Below, in pieces: positions 6,782 to 16,266 of a stretch of 64,000 nt of DNA (positions are counted from its first letter, which is position 1; each line of letters begins with the position of its first letter). Below the pieces are notes generated by a model. That model ran no database searches. It was not told where the DNA came from and saw nothing but the letters and a program-made list of their open reading frames with translations. Source of the DNA: an uncultured Verrucomicrobiota bacterium (lineage in GTDB: Bacteria; Verrucomicrobiota; Kiritimatiellia; RFP12; UBA1067); NCBI GenBank assembly GCA_946610035.1, contig CAMOCC010000002.1:4254-68253 (forward strand). Direction: 5' to 3'. The position numbers and the translations under genes are program-made.

Positions 6782-9526
6782 ATGATAAACTTAGGAGGGG
6801 GAGTGCAAAGTTTCGTAGTGTTCGCATTGGCAGTAGTTGCCTTGGCGGCGACCGCAGGAGCGGCCGCCCTGATTTGTTTGGTTGTCAACTACCGCCGGAT
6901 GGCCGACGTGCGCCTGCGTTCGGGCGCCGTCGCGCCGACTGTGGGGGCGGGGCCGCGGGTCCCGGTCGACGAGTCGTGGCCGGACCTGCATCCCGACGAT
7001 TCCAAGGCGGTCGCCATGGCGAGGCGCAAGGCCCTCATTACGCGCTTCGTCGATATTTCGCCGTCGCCGTGCTACGTGAAGGACGCCTCCGACGGCTTCA
7101 GGTACATCGTATGCAACGATGCGTTCGCCAAGCTGACGGGGCTTGACAAGGACAGGATCGTCGGCTCGACAGACGAGGAGCTGTTCGGTCCGAAGTTCGC
7201 CATGGAGTCGCGCGCGAAGGACGAGGAGGCCCTTGAGTCCGACGCGCCGCTCTTCTACGAGGGCGCCATGCCGACAACGAGGGGCGGCGTCGGCTACAAG
7301 GTGAACCGTCGCAAGCAGAGGATCGTGACATGGGACGGCGTGAAGCTCATCTTCTGCCTCATGAGGGACGAGATGTACGACAGCCGCAGGGCCGATTCGG
7401 AGGCGTTCAAGGCGAAGCTCCTCGCGTACGCCATCGACCATCTCAACCACGAGGAGAACATCGAGTACATAGCGAGGCTGCTCGTCGAATACTTCGGCTG
7501 CGACAGGGTCGCGATTCGGTTCTCGGACGGTCCGCGCCACATCTGCTGGGCTGACGGGCGCAGGGAGGACGACGCCACCGACGGACGCAAGGCGGCGTGG
7601 GAGGCGTTCGGGACGGGCGACATCGTGAACGTCGAGGATGCGTCCAGGCTGAACCCCGAGTCGTGGCCGGAAGGCGCGGGGGCGATGGCGTTCCTCGGTG
7701 CGCGCGTGATGAAGGGGGGCGAAATGGTCGTCCAGGTCGCGGCCATTTTCGACAAGGAGCCCCACCACTTCTTCGAGGTGTCCGAGAGTGTCGTCATGTT
7801 CGCCGCCGAAACGCTCGCCCTGTCGCTCGAGCGCGCGCGGCTGCAGCGTCCGTACCAGATCGCCAACGCGAACTTCGAGACGATGTCCCGCGCGCTCCAC
7901 GAGCTCCAGGCGTCCGAGACGCTCGACGACCTAACGCCGTTCGTCAAGATCGTCTGCGAGCGTTTCAATGCGGACTACTGCTCCCTTGTGAAGGTGCTCG
8001 ACGACGGGCATAGCGCGGTCGTCTGCCAGTACGACCCGGACAGGGTGAGCGTCCTGCCCGACCTTCGGCGCGGCATTGCGGACGCGGCGGTGGGCGAGCT
8101 TGCGGACCGCTTCGGCGAGCACGACGCAATCGAGCTCGGCGACGAGGAGTCGCGCAGGTTGTGGCTCGACCACGGCTTCAACGAGGCGCAGATCGCGTCG
8201 GCTGCGATCCGCCACACCCAGCTCGCGGCCGTGCGCGTCAACGGCAAGTTCTGGGGCGCGATACAGATAGGCCACCACAGCCGCCGCCTCCTGAGCGACG
8301 ACGAATGGGGCCATCTCCACCGTCTTGCGGAGGTCCTTTCCATCGCCATCCGCCGGCGCGACGCCCACGACGAGCTCAAGGCGGCGCTCGACCGCGCAAG
8401 GGCGGCGGACAAGGCGAAGTTCTTCTTCTCGACGGTGAGCCACGACATCAGGACGCCGCTCAACGCCGTCATAGGGCTTTCGCAGATGCTGAAGCTGGGC
8501 TTCGCCACGGAGCAGGAGCGCGACAATGCGATAGACTCCATAATCTTGAGCGGCAAGACGCTCCTGCAGCTCGTGAACGACGTGCTGGACCTCTCGAAAC
8601 TCGAGGCGGGCAAGGTGGTCGTCAGCCCGGAGCCTACGGACTGCGCTAAGCTCATTTCGGAGATAGTGGGTTCCTTCAAGGTCGCGAACCCCGGCGCGGC
8701 GGTCGACATACGCAGCAGGATGTCGCCTATGCCGCTCCTGGAGATCGACCCGCAGCGCATCCGCCAGATCATCTTCAACCTCGCGGGGAACGCCGTAAAG
8801 TTCACCGTGAAGGGCTTTGTGGAGGTGAGGGCGTCCTTCGAGCCCGATTCGCCAGGCGCGGGAGCCGGGACGCTCACCGTCGCCGTGGAGGACACGGGCT
8901 GCGGCATATCGAACGAGGAGAGGAAGTTCATCGACACGCCGTACGTCCAGTTCGGGAAGGGCGTCAAGAAGGGCGGCACGGGGCTCGGCCTCGCAATCTG
9001 CCGCCAGCTCGCATCCGCCATGCACGGCCGGATAGAGTTCGAGAGCGAGGTGGGCAGGGGGACCGTCTTCTACCTGAAGATACCGGGTGTCAAGGCGTGT
9101 GCGGGCACCGTCCGGCCCGGGAGGAAGGACGCACAGCTCATGAGCCTGAGCGCCGTGGATGCTGCGCATTCGCGCTACACGAAGGTCCTCATAGCCGACG
9201 ACTCCAAGGTGAACCTGATGGTCCTTTCGTCGATGCTCAAGCGCCTGGGCGTAAGGGAGGTCGTCAAGGCGGAGAACGGCAAGGAGGCGCTGGAGAGGCT
9301 TCGCGAGGGCGGCTTCGACCTCGTGCTCACCGACATGTGGATGCCTGAGCTGGACGGCGAGGGGCTCGTCCGCGCCATGCGCGCCGACAGGCGGTTCGAC
9401 GGACTGCCGGTGTACGCAATCACGGCTGACGTGGAGATTCGGAACCACGTTGCACTGGACGGCTTCAACGGCATACTGTTGAAGCCAGTGACCTTCGACG
9501 TGCTCAAGCCGGTGCTGAATGCGTGA
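6782..9526 (+). CDS. hybrid sensor histidine kinase (TM, PAS, GAF-like, HisKA, HATPase_c, REC)
   Basis: H-box FFFSTVSHDIRTPLNAVIG, G-boxes EDTGCGIS and GGTGLGLAICRQL, receiver KVLIADDSKVN..DLVLTDMWMPELDG. GTG 6803 is a likely alternative start, 4 nt after an AGGAGG. Confidence 0.88.
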   Translation: MINLGGGVQSFVVFALAVVALAATAGAAALICLVVNYRRMADVRLRSGAVAPTVGAGPRVPVDESWPDLHPDDSKAVAMARRKALITRFVDISPSPCYVKDASDGFRYIVCNDAFAKLTGLDKDRIVGSTDEELFGPKFAMESRAKDEEALESDAPLFYEGAMPTTRGGVGYKVNRRKQRIVTWDGVKLIFCLMRDEMYDSRRADSEAFKAKLLAYAIDHLNHEENIEYIARLLVEYFGCDRVAIRFSDGPRHICWADGRREDDATDGRKAAWEAFGTGDIVNVEDASRLNPESWPEGAGAMAFLGARVMKGGEMVVQVAAIFDKEPHHFFEVSESVVMFAAETLALSLERARLQRPYQIANANFETMSRALHELQASETLDDLTPFVKIVCERFNADYCSLVKVLDDGHSAVVCQYDPDRVSVLPDLRRGIADAAVGELADRFGEHDAIELGDEESRRLWLDHGFNEAQIASAAIRHTQLAAVRVNGKFWGAIQIGHHSRRLLSDDEWGHLHRLAEVLSIAIRRRDAHDELKAALDRARAADKAKFFFSTVSHDIRTPLNAVIGLSQMLKLGFATEQERDNAIDSIILSGKTLLQLVNDVLDLSKLEAGKVVVSPEPTDCAKLISEIVGSFKVANPGAAVDIRSRMSPMPLLEIDPQRIRQIIFNLAGNAVKFTVKGFVEVRASFEPDSPGAGAGTLTVAVEDTGCGISNEERKFIDTPYVQFGKGVKKGGTGLGLAICRQLASAMHGRIEFESEVGRGTVFYLKIPGVKACAGTVRPGRKDAQLMSLSAVDAAHSRYTKVLIADDSKVNLMVLSSMLKRLGVREVVKAENGKEALERLREGGFDLVLTDMWMPELDGEGLVRAMRADRRFDGLPVYAITADVEIRNHVALDGFNGILLKPVTFDVLKPVLNA

Positions 9527-10716
9527 CTAAGGGAGAAGACGGGACAGTGAAGGGGATTTCGATATATCTGTTCATCGACGCGCTCGGATGGGACGTGGTG
9601 GAGCCTACCGGGTTCCTCTCGGACGTCCTGCCGAACAGGCGCGCGGTGGACATGCAGTTCGGATACTCCTCGTCTGCGATCCCGACGATCCTCTCCGGCA
9701 GGCAGCCCGACGAGCACGGGCACCTCGGCCTCTTCGCATGGGCCCCCGAGAGGAGTCCGTTCCGCCGCGTCGCCCGCATCATGCGCCTCATGCGTCCGCG
9801 CGCCGTCTTCAACCGCCCGCGAGTCCGCGGGTGGATCTCGAAGGCCGTCAAGCGCGCCCTCGGGATAACGGGCTACTTCCAGCTCTACCAGATGACGCCG
9901 GAGAAGCTCCCCTACGTCGACTACTGCGAGAAGAGGGACCTCTTCGTCCCCGGCGGCATGGAGGGCGTCGCGAACATCGCGGACGAACTCGTGCGCGCGG
10001 GCGTCCCCCACCACATCAGCGACTGGCGGCGCCCGGACGAGGAGAACCTCGCTATAGGCGCGAAGGAGATCGGGATGGGGACTGACTTCGTCTTCATCTA
10101 CACCGCCGAACTGGACGCCCTGCGGCACAAGTTCGCCGCGCCTTCCGTCAACCCCGAGGTGAAGGCGAAGCTCGCATGGTACCGACAGCGCATCCTCCGC
10201 CTCGTCGCGGCCGCGAAGTCCACCGGACGCCCCTGGACGCTCACCGTCTTCTCCGACCACGGGATGACGCCGCTCACCAAGACCGTGGACCTGAAGGGCG
10301 CGGTGGAGGCGACGGGGCTCGTCCTCGGGCGCGACTACGGCGCGTGCTACGACTCGACGCTTTTCAGGGTTACGTACCTCAAGCCAGGCGCGAGGGAGCG
10401 CATCGAGGCGGCTCTCGCGCCATTCGCCGGGGACGGACGCTGGCTCACGGAGGGCGACGAGCGGGAGAACGGGGTGTGGCGCAGGGACAGGGCGTTCGGC
10501 GACGCCATCTTCCTTGTGAAGCCGGGCGTGCAGATCGTCCCCAGCGACATGGGGCTCGCCCCGCTCGCGGGGATGCACGGGTTCGATCCGCGCGACGTCC
10601 ACTCGAAGGCGGCCGTGATGTCCACGGCGCCGATCCCGGACTGGGTGCGCGGGGTGAAGGACTATTTCAGATTGATGAAGGCGGGCTTCGAAGTCGGAGG
10701 CCCCGGGAACAACTAA
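9523..10716 (+). CDS. alkaline-phosphatase-superfamily protein (type I phosphodiesterase / nucleotide pyrophosphatase-like), no signal peptide seen
   Basis: IDALGWD, GYSSSAIPTILSGRQPDEHG and VFSDHGMTP motifs. GTGA overlap with the kinase stop codon. Confidence 0.65.
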   Translation: MTKGEDGTVKGISIYLFIDALGWDVVEPTGFLSDVLPNRRAVDMQFGYSSSAIPTILSGRQPDEHGHLGLFAWAPERSPFRRVARIMRLMRPRAVFNRPRVRGWISKAVKRALGITGYFQLYQMTPEKLPYVDYCEKRDLFVPGGMEGVANIADELVRAGVPHHISDWRRPDEENLAIGAKEIGMGTDFVFIYTAELDALRHKFAAPSVNPEVKAKLAWYRQRILRLVAAAKSTGRPWTLTVFSDHGMTPLTKTVDLKGAVEATGLVLGRDYGACYDSTLFRVTYLKPGARERIEAALAPFAGDGRWLTEGDERENGVWRRDRAFGDAIFLVKPGVQIVPSDMGLAPLAGMHGFDPRDVHSKAAVMSTAPIPDWVRGVKDYFRLMKAGFEVGGPGNN

Positions 10717-10734
10717 CAAGCAATAAGGAGGCTT

Positions 10735-11070
10735 ATGGAGATAAAGATAGAGAGCAAGGAAGGGCTCATAATAGTGGCCGTCGACGGGCGTCTCGTGGCG
10801 TCGTGCTCCGAGGAGCTCAAGGAGAGGGTGTCGGCGGAGATGGAGAAGACGCCGAACGTCGTCTTCGACTTCACGAACATGACGCACGTGGACTCGTCGG
10901 GGCTGGGTGCGCTCGTGTACATACTGCAGCGCGCCAAGGCGGCCGGCGGAACCGTCCGCCTCGCATGCCTCCAGCCGCACCCGCGCATCGTGTTCGACAT
11001 AACAAAGGTGTTCCGCGTCTTCGAGATATACGACACCGTCGAGGCTGCGGAGAAGGCGTTCAACAAGTAG
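10735..11070 (+). CDS. STAS-domain protein (anti-sigma-factor antagonist, SpoIIAA/HsbA-like)
   Basis: 111 aa. Contains the phosphorylatable-serine motif THVDSSGLGALV. SD aaggagg upstream. Confidence 0.85.
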   Translation: MEIKIESKEGLIIVAVDGRLVASCSEELKERVSAEMEKTPNVVFDFTNMTHVDSSGLGALVYILQRAKAAGGTVRLACLQPHPRIVFDITKVFRVFEIYDTVEAAEKAFNK

Positions 11071-11074
11071 ACTG

Positions 11075-14000
11075 GTGAAAATTGCGCACATAGTCAGACG
11101 CTACGCCAGGAACGAATGGGGCGGAACGGAGACGGTCGTCTCCCACATAGCGACGGAGCAGCTCCGCCGCGGGGACGACGTGCGCATTTTCTTCACATCG
11201 GCCTGCCAGCCGCCCGGCTCGACGGAGGGGTATGCGTACTACTACCCGTACTGGCCCATGCCGGAGTCCGACCGCATAGCGCTGGACAAGAAGGGGGGCA
11301 GCCCCATCTCGCCGGCGCTCATGAGGGCCGTGGAGGACTTCAAGCCCGACCTCATCCACATACACGCGGGCGGGCGGCTCGCCTGCGCGGCGGCGGGGCT
11401 TGCGGAGGAGCTGTGCGTCCCGTCCGTCATGTCGCTGCACGGCGGCGCGATGGCGGTACCGGAGTCGGAAATGGAGGAGATGCTCCGTCCGATGAAGCGC
11501 AAGATACCCTACGGCGGCATCATCGACCGGCTAATGGGGCTCAATTTCGATCCTCTCGAGCAGGTCGACGCGATAATCTGCATCTCCTACGCCGAGAAGC
11601 GGAAGCTCGCCGAGAAGTATGGCGCGGGCCGGGTGCACTACCTGCCCAACGGCGTGGAACCGCCCGCCGAGGTGATCGGGCGCGGCAACGCCCGGAGCCG
11701 CGCGTCCCTTGCGGACCCCAGGGCCGTGAAGAACATCCTCTGCGTCTCGCGGATAGACTACCAGAAGAACCAGCTTGCGCTGGTGGAGCTCCTTGCCGGA
11801 CTTCCGAGCGCAAGGCTCACGCTTGTCGGACCCGTGACGGCGAAGTGGTACGGCGACAAGATACTCGCCCGCGTCCGCGAACTCGCCCTGGAGGACAGGT
11901 TCACGATGATCCCCGGCCTCCCGCCGGGAAGCGCGGAGCTGGAGGCGGAGTACGCCAAGGCGGACGTCTTCGTCCTGCCGAGCATACACGAGCCTTTCGG
12001 CATCGTCGCGCTGGAGGCGATGCAGCGAGGCATACCCCTCGTCGCGTCCGCCGTCGGCGGACTCGTCGACTTCGTGCACGACGGCAAGAACGGGCTCCTC
12101 TTCGACCCCGCCGCGCCGGACAGCCTCAAGTACGCCTTCTCGCGCTTCGTCATGGACGAGGCGCTGGCCGCGCGGATAGCGGAGGGGGGGCGCAGGACGG
12201 CGTCCGGTTTCATGTGGCCGGCGATCGTCGACAGGCTGGAGGGGATATACAGGGAGACGGTGCTCGGAGTCAAGACCGAAGGCTTTGTGAAGCGCGTCAC
12301 TGGCGGACGGGACGTGTCCATCCTCGTGAGGTCCCGCAACGAGGCGCGATACCTTGAGAGGACGCTTGCGGGCATCGAGGCCCAGCACTCCACGCGCATA
12401 CTGGAGGTGATAGTCTGCGACGACGCGTCGACGGACGATTCGCTGTACGTCGTCGAGGCGGCGAAGACGCGGGCGGCGAGGTCCGGCAGGTACATGATAC
12501 GCACCATTCCGCCTCCCGACGGCGAGTACCGTCCGGGGCGGATGCTCAACGCTATGGTGAAGGCGGCGTCCGGGCGTGTGATAGTCTTCAACAATGCGGA
12601 CGCCGTGCCGCTCGACTGCGACTGGCTCGAGAACCTGATTGCGCCGCTCGACTGCGGGCGGGCGGACGTCGTGTTCGCGAACCAGCTGCCTCGCCCCGAC
12701 GCCGACGTGCTGGTGAAGAAGGACTCCGTCAGGGCATTCGGGAACGGGCTCGTCTCCGCCGACTGGCCGCACTTCTTCTCGCTTGCGTCGTCGGCCGCGA
12801 TGAAGTACGACCTTCAGAAGTACCCCTTCGACGAAACGCTCATATACTCCGAGGACGTCGAATGGGCGAACAGGCGCAAGGGCTTCAGGCGCGTCTACTC
12901 GCCGCTTTCGCGCGTCGAGCACTCCCACGACTACACGAACGACCAGCTGGTCCGCCGCTTCTACGGAGAGGGGTATGCGGACGCGCAGATATTCGGCGAC
13001 CGGCCGGCGCCCTTTGCGAAGACGTTCCTTCGCGTGCTGGCGGAGTCCCTGCGCGACGCCAGGTATGTAATGGACGGTTCGGCGTCCGTCGGCTTCTGGA
13101 AGGGCCTGTGTACGATGCTTTCGTCCCCGAGGCGGCGCTGGCTGCAGAGGATGAGCCACGAGCGCGGAGTCGCCGATTTCCGCGAGGGGCGTCCGCCGCG
13201 CTACGTCTCCACCTCCGTCCGCCAGCGGCAGGCCGCCTGCGGCAAGACGCCGACCGTCCTGTTCACGGGGGTGTATCCGAAGTACCACGGCGGACTGGAG
13301 CGGTTCGCCGCGAGAATGGCGGACCTCCTGCGCTCGCGCGGGTACAAGGTCGACGTGATGGGCGATCCGCCGGAGGACGCGTCCGGCTACTCATACGTGC
13401 TCATGCACAAGGTCCCGCCGTCGCCCGCGGCGCTCAGGCGGCTGAAGTCGCAGTGCGGCGGACGGCTTCACTTCTTCGCGCACGACCACGAGCTCTACTG
13501 CCTGAGGCGGCACGGGTACACGCCGTTCAGGTGCAACTGCACGAGGGCGTATTCGCCGGCAAGATGCAGGCTCTGCGCGATGGTGACGCGTCCGCGATGG
13601 ATCTGGCGGGCGCTGACGCGTCCGATGCGCGCGTTCTTCGCCGAGATGAAGGGCGTGAGGATTTTCGCGCCGTCGGCCTTCACGCGGGACGCGCTTCTCA
13701 GAAACGGCTTCAATGCCGACGACATATCCATCGTCGCTCCCTTCTTCCATGAGGGGGAGATAGGGTCGAGTAGGGTCGATTTAGGGTCGACGCTAAAAGA
13801 CCCTAAACTGACGCTAAAAGACCCTAAAAAGACCCTAAAAGACCCTAACTCGACCCTAAAAGGCCCTAAACCGCTAAACCTCCTCTTCATGGGCCAGCTC
13901 ATCGCCGGGAAGGGGGTTGACATCCTCCTCGACGCCGTGAACCTACTCGACATCCCCTTCAGGCTGACCGTGGTCGGCTCCGGGCGCGACGAGGCGAAGC

Positions 14001-14422
14001 TGCGCGCCAAGGCGGCTTCCTTCGCGTCCGAAAAGCGCGATTCGATAGTCTTCACCGGTTGGTGCGAGAATCCGGAGGCGTACTTTGCCGAGGCGGACGC
14101 CGTGGTCTTCCCGTCAAGGTGGAACGAGCCGTACGGCCTCACCGGCGTGGAGGGCTACTGCCGCGGTGTGCCGTGCGTCGGCTTCGCGACGGGCGGAGTG
14201 CCCGGGTGGCTGATCGACGGCGAGACGGGCGTTCTCGTCGGGGAGAAGACGCCCGAGGCGCTGGCGGCCGGGATCGTCCGCATTGCGGACCCCGCATACA
14301 GGTTGCGCCTTGCGAAGGGCGCCCTGCGGTTCGCACATGAGAACTTCGCCCCCGACGTCATTCTGCGGCGAATGGGCTTTCAGTCGTGTTCCGCATGCGA
14401 AGGGAAGGGGGCGCCGTCATGA
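11075..14422 (+). CDS. three-module glycosyltransferase (GT4-like, GT2-like, GT4-like), 1115 aa
   Basis: N-terminal MKIAHIVRRY..GGTE and ..EPFGIVALEAMQRGIPLVAS (GT4). Middle VSILVRSRNEARYLERTLAGIEAQ..VCDDASTDDS (GT2). C-terminal ..EPYGLTGVEGYCRGVPCVGF (GT4). Confidence 0.8.
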   Translation: MKIAHIVRRYARNEWGGTETVVSHIATEQLRRGDDVRIFFTSACQPPGSTEGYAYYYPYWPMPESDRIALDKKGGSPISPALMRAVEDFKPDLIHIHAGGRLACAAAGLAEELCVPSVMSLHGGAMAVPESEMEEMLRPMKRKIPYGGIIDRLMGLNFDPLEQVDAIICISYAEKRKLAEKYGAGRVHYLPNGVEPPAEVIGRGNARSRASLADPRAVKNILCVSRIDYQKNQLALVELLAGLPSARLTLVGPVTAKWYGDKILARVRELALEDRFTMIPGLPPGSAELEAEYAKADVFVLPSIHEPFGIVALEAMQRGIPLVASAVGGLVDFVHDGKNGLLFDPAAPDSLKYAFSRFVMDEALAARIAEGGRRTASGFMWPAIVDRLEGIYRETVLGVKTEGFVKRVTGGRDVSILVRSRNEARYLERTLAGIEAQHSTRILEVIVCDDASTDDSLYVVEAAKTRAARSGRYMIRTIPPPDGEYRPGRMLNAMVKAASGRVIVFNNADAVPLDCDWLENLIAPLDCGRADVVFANQLPRPDADVLVKKDSVRAFGNGLVSADWPHFFSLASSAAMKYDLQKYPFDETLIYSEDVEWANRRKGFRRVYSPLSRVEHSHDYTNDQLVRRFYGEGYADAQIFGDRPAPFAKTFLRVLAESLRDARYVMDGSASVGFWKGLCTMLSSPRRRWLQRMSHERGVADFREGRPPRYVSTSVRQRQAACGKTPTVLFTGVYPKYHGGLERFAARMADLLRSRGYKVDVMGDPPEDASGYSYVLMHKVPPSPAALRRLKSQCGGRLHFFAHDHELYCLRRHGYTPFRCNCTRAYSPARCRLCAMVTRPRWIWRALTRPMRAFFAEMKGVRIFAPSAFTRDALLRNGFNADDISIVAPFFHEGEIGSSRVDLGSTLKDPKLTLKDPKKTLKDPNSTLKGPKPLNLLFMGQLIAGKGVDILLDAVNLLDIPFRLTVVGSGRDEAKLRAKAASFASEKRDSIVFTGWCENPEAYFAEADAVVFPSRWNEPYGLTGVEGYCRGVPCVGFATGGVPGWLIDGETGVLVGEKTPEALAAGIVRIADPAYRLRLAKGALRFAHENFAPDVILRRMGFQSCSACEGKGAPS
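13761..13868. repeat. in-frame inverted/direct repeat cluster (3x TAGGGTC, then 5x GACCCTA plus 1x GGCCCTA) inside the glycosyltransferase gene
   Basis: tagggtcgag (13761-70) is the exact reverse complement of ctcgacccta (13849-58). The 19-nt unit gacgctaaaagaccctaaa occurs at 13789-13807 and 13810-13828. The region encodes TLKDPK-type peptide repeats. Confidence 0.9.
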
Positions 14423-16266
14423 AACTGCTGGTCGACGTCATACCCTTCGACAACGGGAAGTCCGGGATATCGGTGTACTGCCGCGAGGTGGTTGCCGCCC
14501 TGGTGGCGGACGGACACGAGGTGACTCTGCTGGCGGAGCCTGGCGTGGCCGGGGAGTTCTTCCCCGGGCTTGCCCACATCGACGCGCCCAGGTGGACGAA
14601 GAGGCCTGCGTTGTCCATGCTCTGGCACCTTCTTCGCGCGCCTGCGCTCGTCAAGCGGTCGGGGTGCGCTGCGTGCCTGCTTCTCGCTGCGAACAGGCGG
14701 GCGTTCCGCAGGTATCCCGTCCCCACCGTCGCTGTCGTCCACGATCTCGCACAGTACCATGTCGATGCGAAGTACGACAAGTTCAGGATGTTCTACATAA
14801 AGCGGCTGCTTCCGCACTTTGTCCGCAAGGCCCACACCGTCGTCGCGATATCGAAGAGCACGGCGAAGGACCTCGTGGAGCACTGGCGCATACCGGAGTC
14901 GATCGTGAGGGTCGTCTACAACGGATTCACGAAGTCCGGCGGTGTCCCCGGCGTCGGGACGGGCGGGACGGAGGGCGGATCGATCCTCTACATCTCGCGT
15001 ATCGAGCATCCGGGGAAGAACCACGAGACGCTGATAGAGGCGTACGGTAGGCTGCCGCGCGAATTCGCCGAGCGGCATCCGCTCGTCCTCGTCGGCGGCG
15101 ATTGGAACGGTGCGGAGAAAATTCACGAACTCGCCGGGAGCAGTCCGTATCGCGACTTCATCCGCTTCACGGGGTTCGTGCCCGCCGGGGACCTCCGGCG
15201 GCTGTACGCGGAGGCGTCGTGCTACGTCTTCCCGAGCAGGTTCGAGGGATTCGGGCTTTCCCTTCTCGAGGCGATGGACGCGGGAGTGCCGTGTGCGTGC
15301 TCGAAGACCGGATCGCTTGGCGAGATCGGAGAAGGCGCGGCGGAGCTGTTCGATCCCGAGGATCCGGACGACATTGCGCGGGCCGTGAAGGCGGCGGCGG
15401 AAGGTCCCGGAAGGGATTCCTTGATTGCGGCGGGCAGGGCCAGGGCGGAGTGCTTCGACTGGCGGAAGTGCGCGCGCGGACTGCTCGGATCGTTCCCCAA
15501 GGCGGAGGTCTTCGGCGTGCCGGTGGACTGCGTGACGATGGAGGAGGCGGTCGGCGAAGTCGCCGGCTGCGTCCGCACCGGCGCGAAGCCGAAGTTCTTT
15601 GCGTTCGTCAACGCCCACTGCCTCAACACGGCCTACCGGGACGCGGAGTACGCCGAGATACTGAAGAGTTGCGATGCGGTGTGGCCGGATGGAAGCGGCG
15701 TGCGCATCGCCGGGCGCATCCTGGGCTTCCCCGTGCCGGCGAACGTGAATGGGACGGACCTTTTCCCGATGCTGTGCCGCGCGGTCGAAGGGGACGGACC
15801 CGGGTCGCGTTCCGTCTTCATGTTCGGCGGCGAGCCGGGCGTGGCCGAGAAGGCGGCGGAGAATGCCGTCCGGATGTTCCCCGCTCTGAGGATCGCCGGA
15901 GTGTGCGACGGGTTCCGCCCGCCAGGGGAGGCGGAGTCGGCCATCGCCGCCGCGCATCCCGACATACTGCTCGTGGCGCTCGGTGTTCCGCTTCAGGAGA
16001 AGTGGATAGCGGCGCGGCTGGGGAGTCTCGACTGCGGATGCGTCCTTGCGGTGGGCGGGCTTCTCGATTTCGTGTCCGGCCGCCATGCGAGGGCACCGAT
16101 GTGGATGCGCAGGCACGGGATCGAGTGGATGCACCGTTTCATGCTGGAGCCGCGGCGGATGTTCCGCCGGTACATAATAGGCAATCCGCTTTTCATGGCG
16201 CGGGTCGCGCGCGAGCGGCGTGCGAGGCGCGGGGATTTCAAGAGAGGAAGGTGTATGCGGCAATGA
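14419..16266 (+). CDS. fusion glycosyltransferase: GT4-like N-terminal module plus WecG/TagA/CpsF (GT26)-like C-terminal module
   Basis: I place the start at ATG 14419 (ATGA overlap). GT4 motif: RFEGFGLSLLEAMDAGVPC. GT26 motifs: FVNAHCLN, WPDGSGV, ILLVALGVPLQEKW, GGLLDFVSG. Confidence 0.78.
   Translation: MKLLVDVIPFDNGKSGISVYCREVVAALVADGHEVTLLAEPGVAGEFFPGLAHIDAPRWTKRPALSMLWHLLRAPALVKRSGCAACLLLAANRRAFRRYPVPTVAVVHDLAQYHVDAKYDKFRMFYIKRLLPHFVRKAHTVVAISKSTAKDLVEHWRIPESIVRVVYNGFTKSGGVPGVGTGGTEGGSILYISRIEHPGKNHETLIEAYGRLPREFAERHPLVLVGGDWNGAEKIHELAGSSPYRDFIRFTGFVPAGDLRRLYAEASCYVFPSRFEGFGLSLLEAMDAGVPCACSKTGSLGEIGEGAAELFDPEDPDDIARAVKAAAEGPGRDSLIAAGRARAECFDWRKCARGLLGSFPKAEVFGVPVDCVTMEEAVGEVAGCVRTGAKPKFFAFVNAHCLNTAYRDAEYAEILKSCDAVWPDGSGVRIAGRILGFPVPANVNGTDLFPMLCRAVEGDGPGSRSVFMFGGEPGVAEKAAENAVRMFPALRIAGVCDGFRPPGEAESAIAAAHPDILLVALGVPLQEKWIAARLGSLDCGCVLAVGGLLDFVSGRHARAPMWMRRHGIEWMHRFMLEPRRMFRRYIIGNPLFMARVARERRARRGDFKRGRCMRQ

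Noticed and set aside
13761-13868. Possible CRISPR array or telomere-like (TTAGGG/CCCTAA) repeats.
   Set aside because: The units are 7-11 nt with no spacer-sized unique segments, lie inside an intact ORF, and no cas genes are present. The resemblance to TTAGGG is coincidental in a bacterial coding region.
15102-16262. N-terminal 387 aa of track ORF 15102..18233. Similar N-terminal extensions occur in ORFs 629, 14386, 20500, 24502, 26807, 41450, 42211, 44643, 46545, 46760 and 54625.
   Set aside because: The extensions are low-complexity Arg-rich sequence in a frame that overlaps a well-supported upstream gene. In each case an internal ATG or GTG at a 1-4 nt stop/start overlap, or after an SD, begins the recognisable domain.
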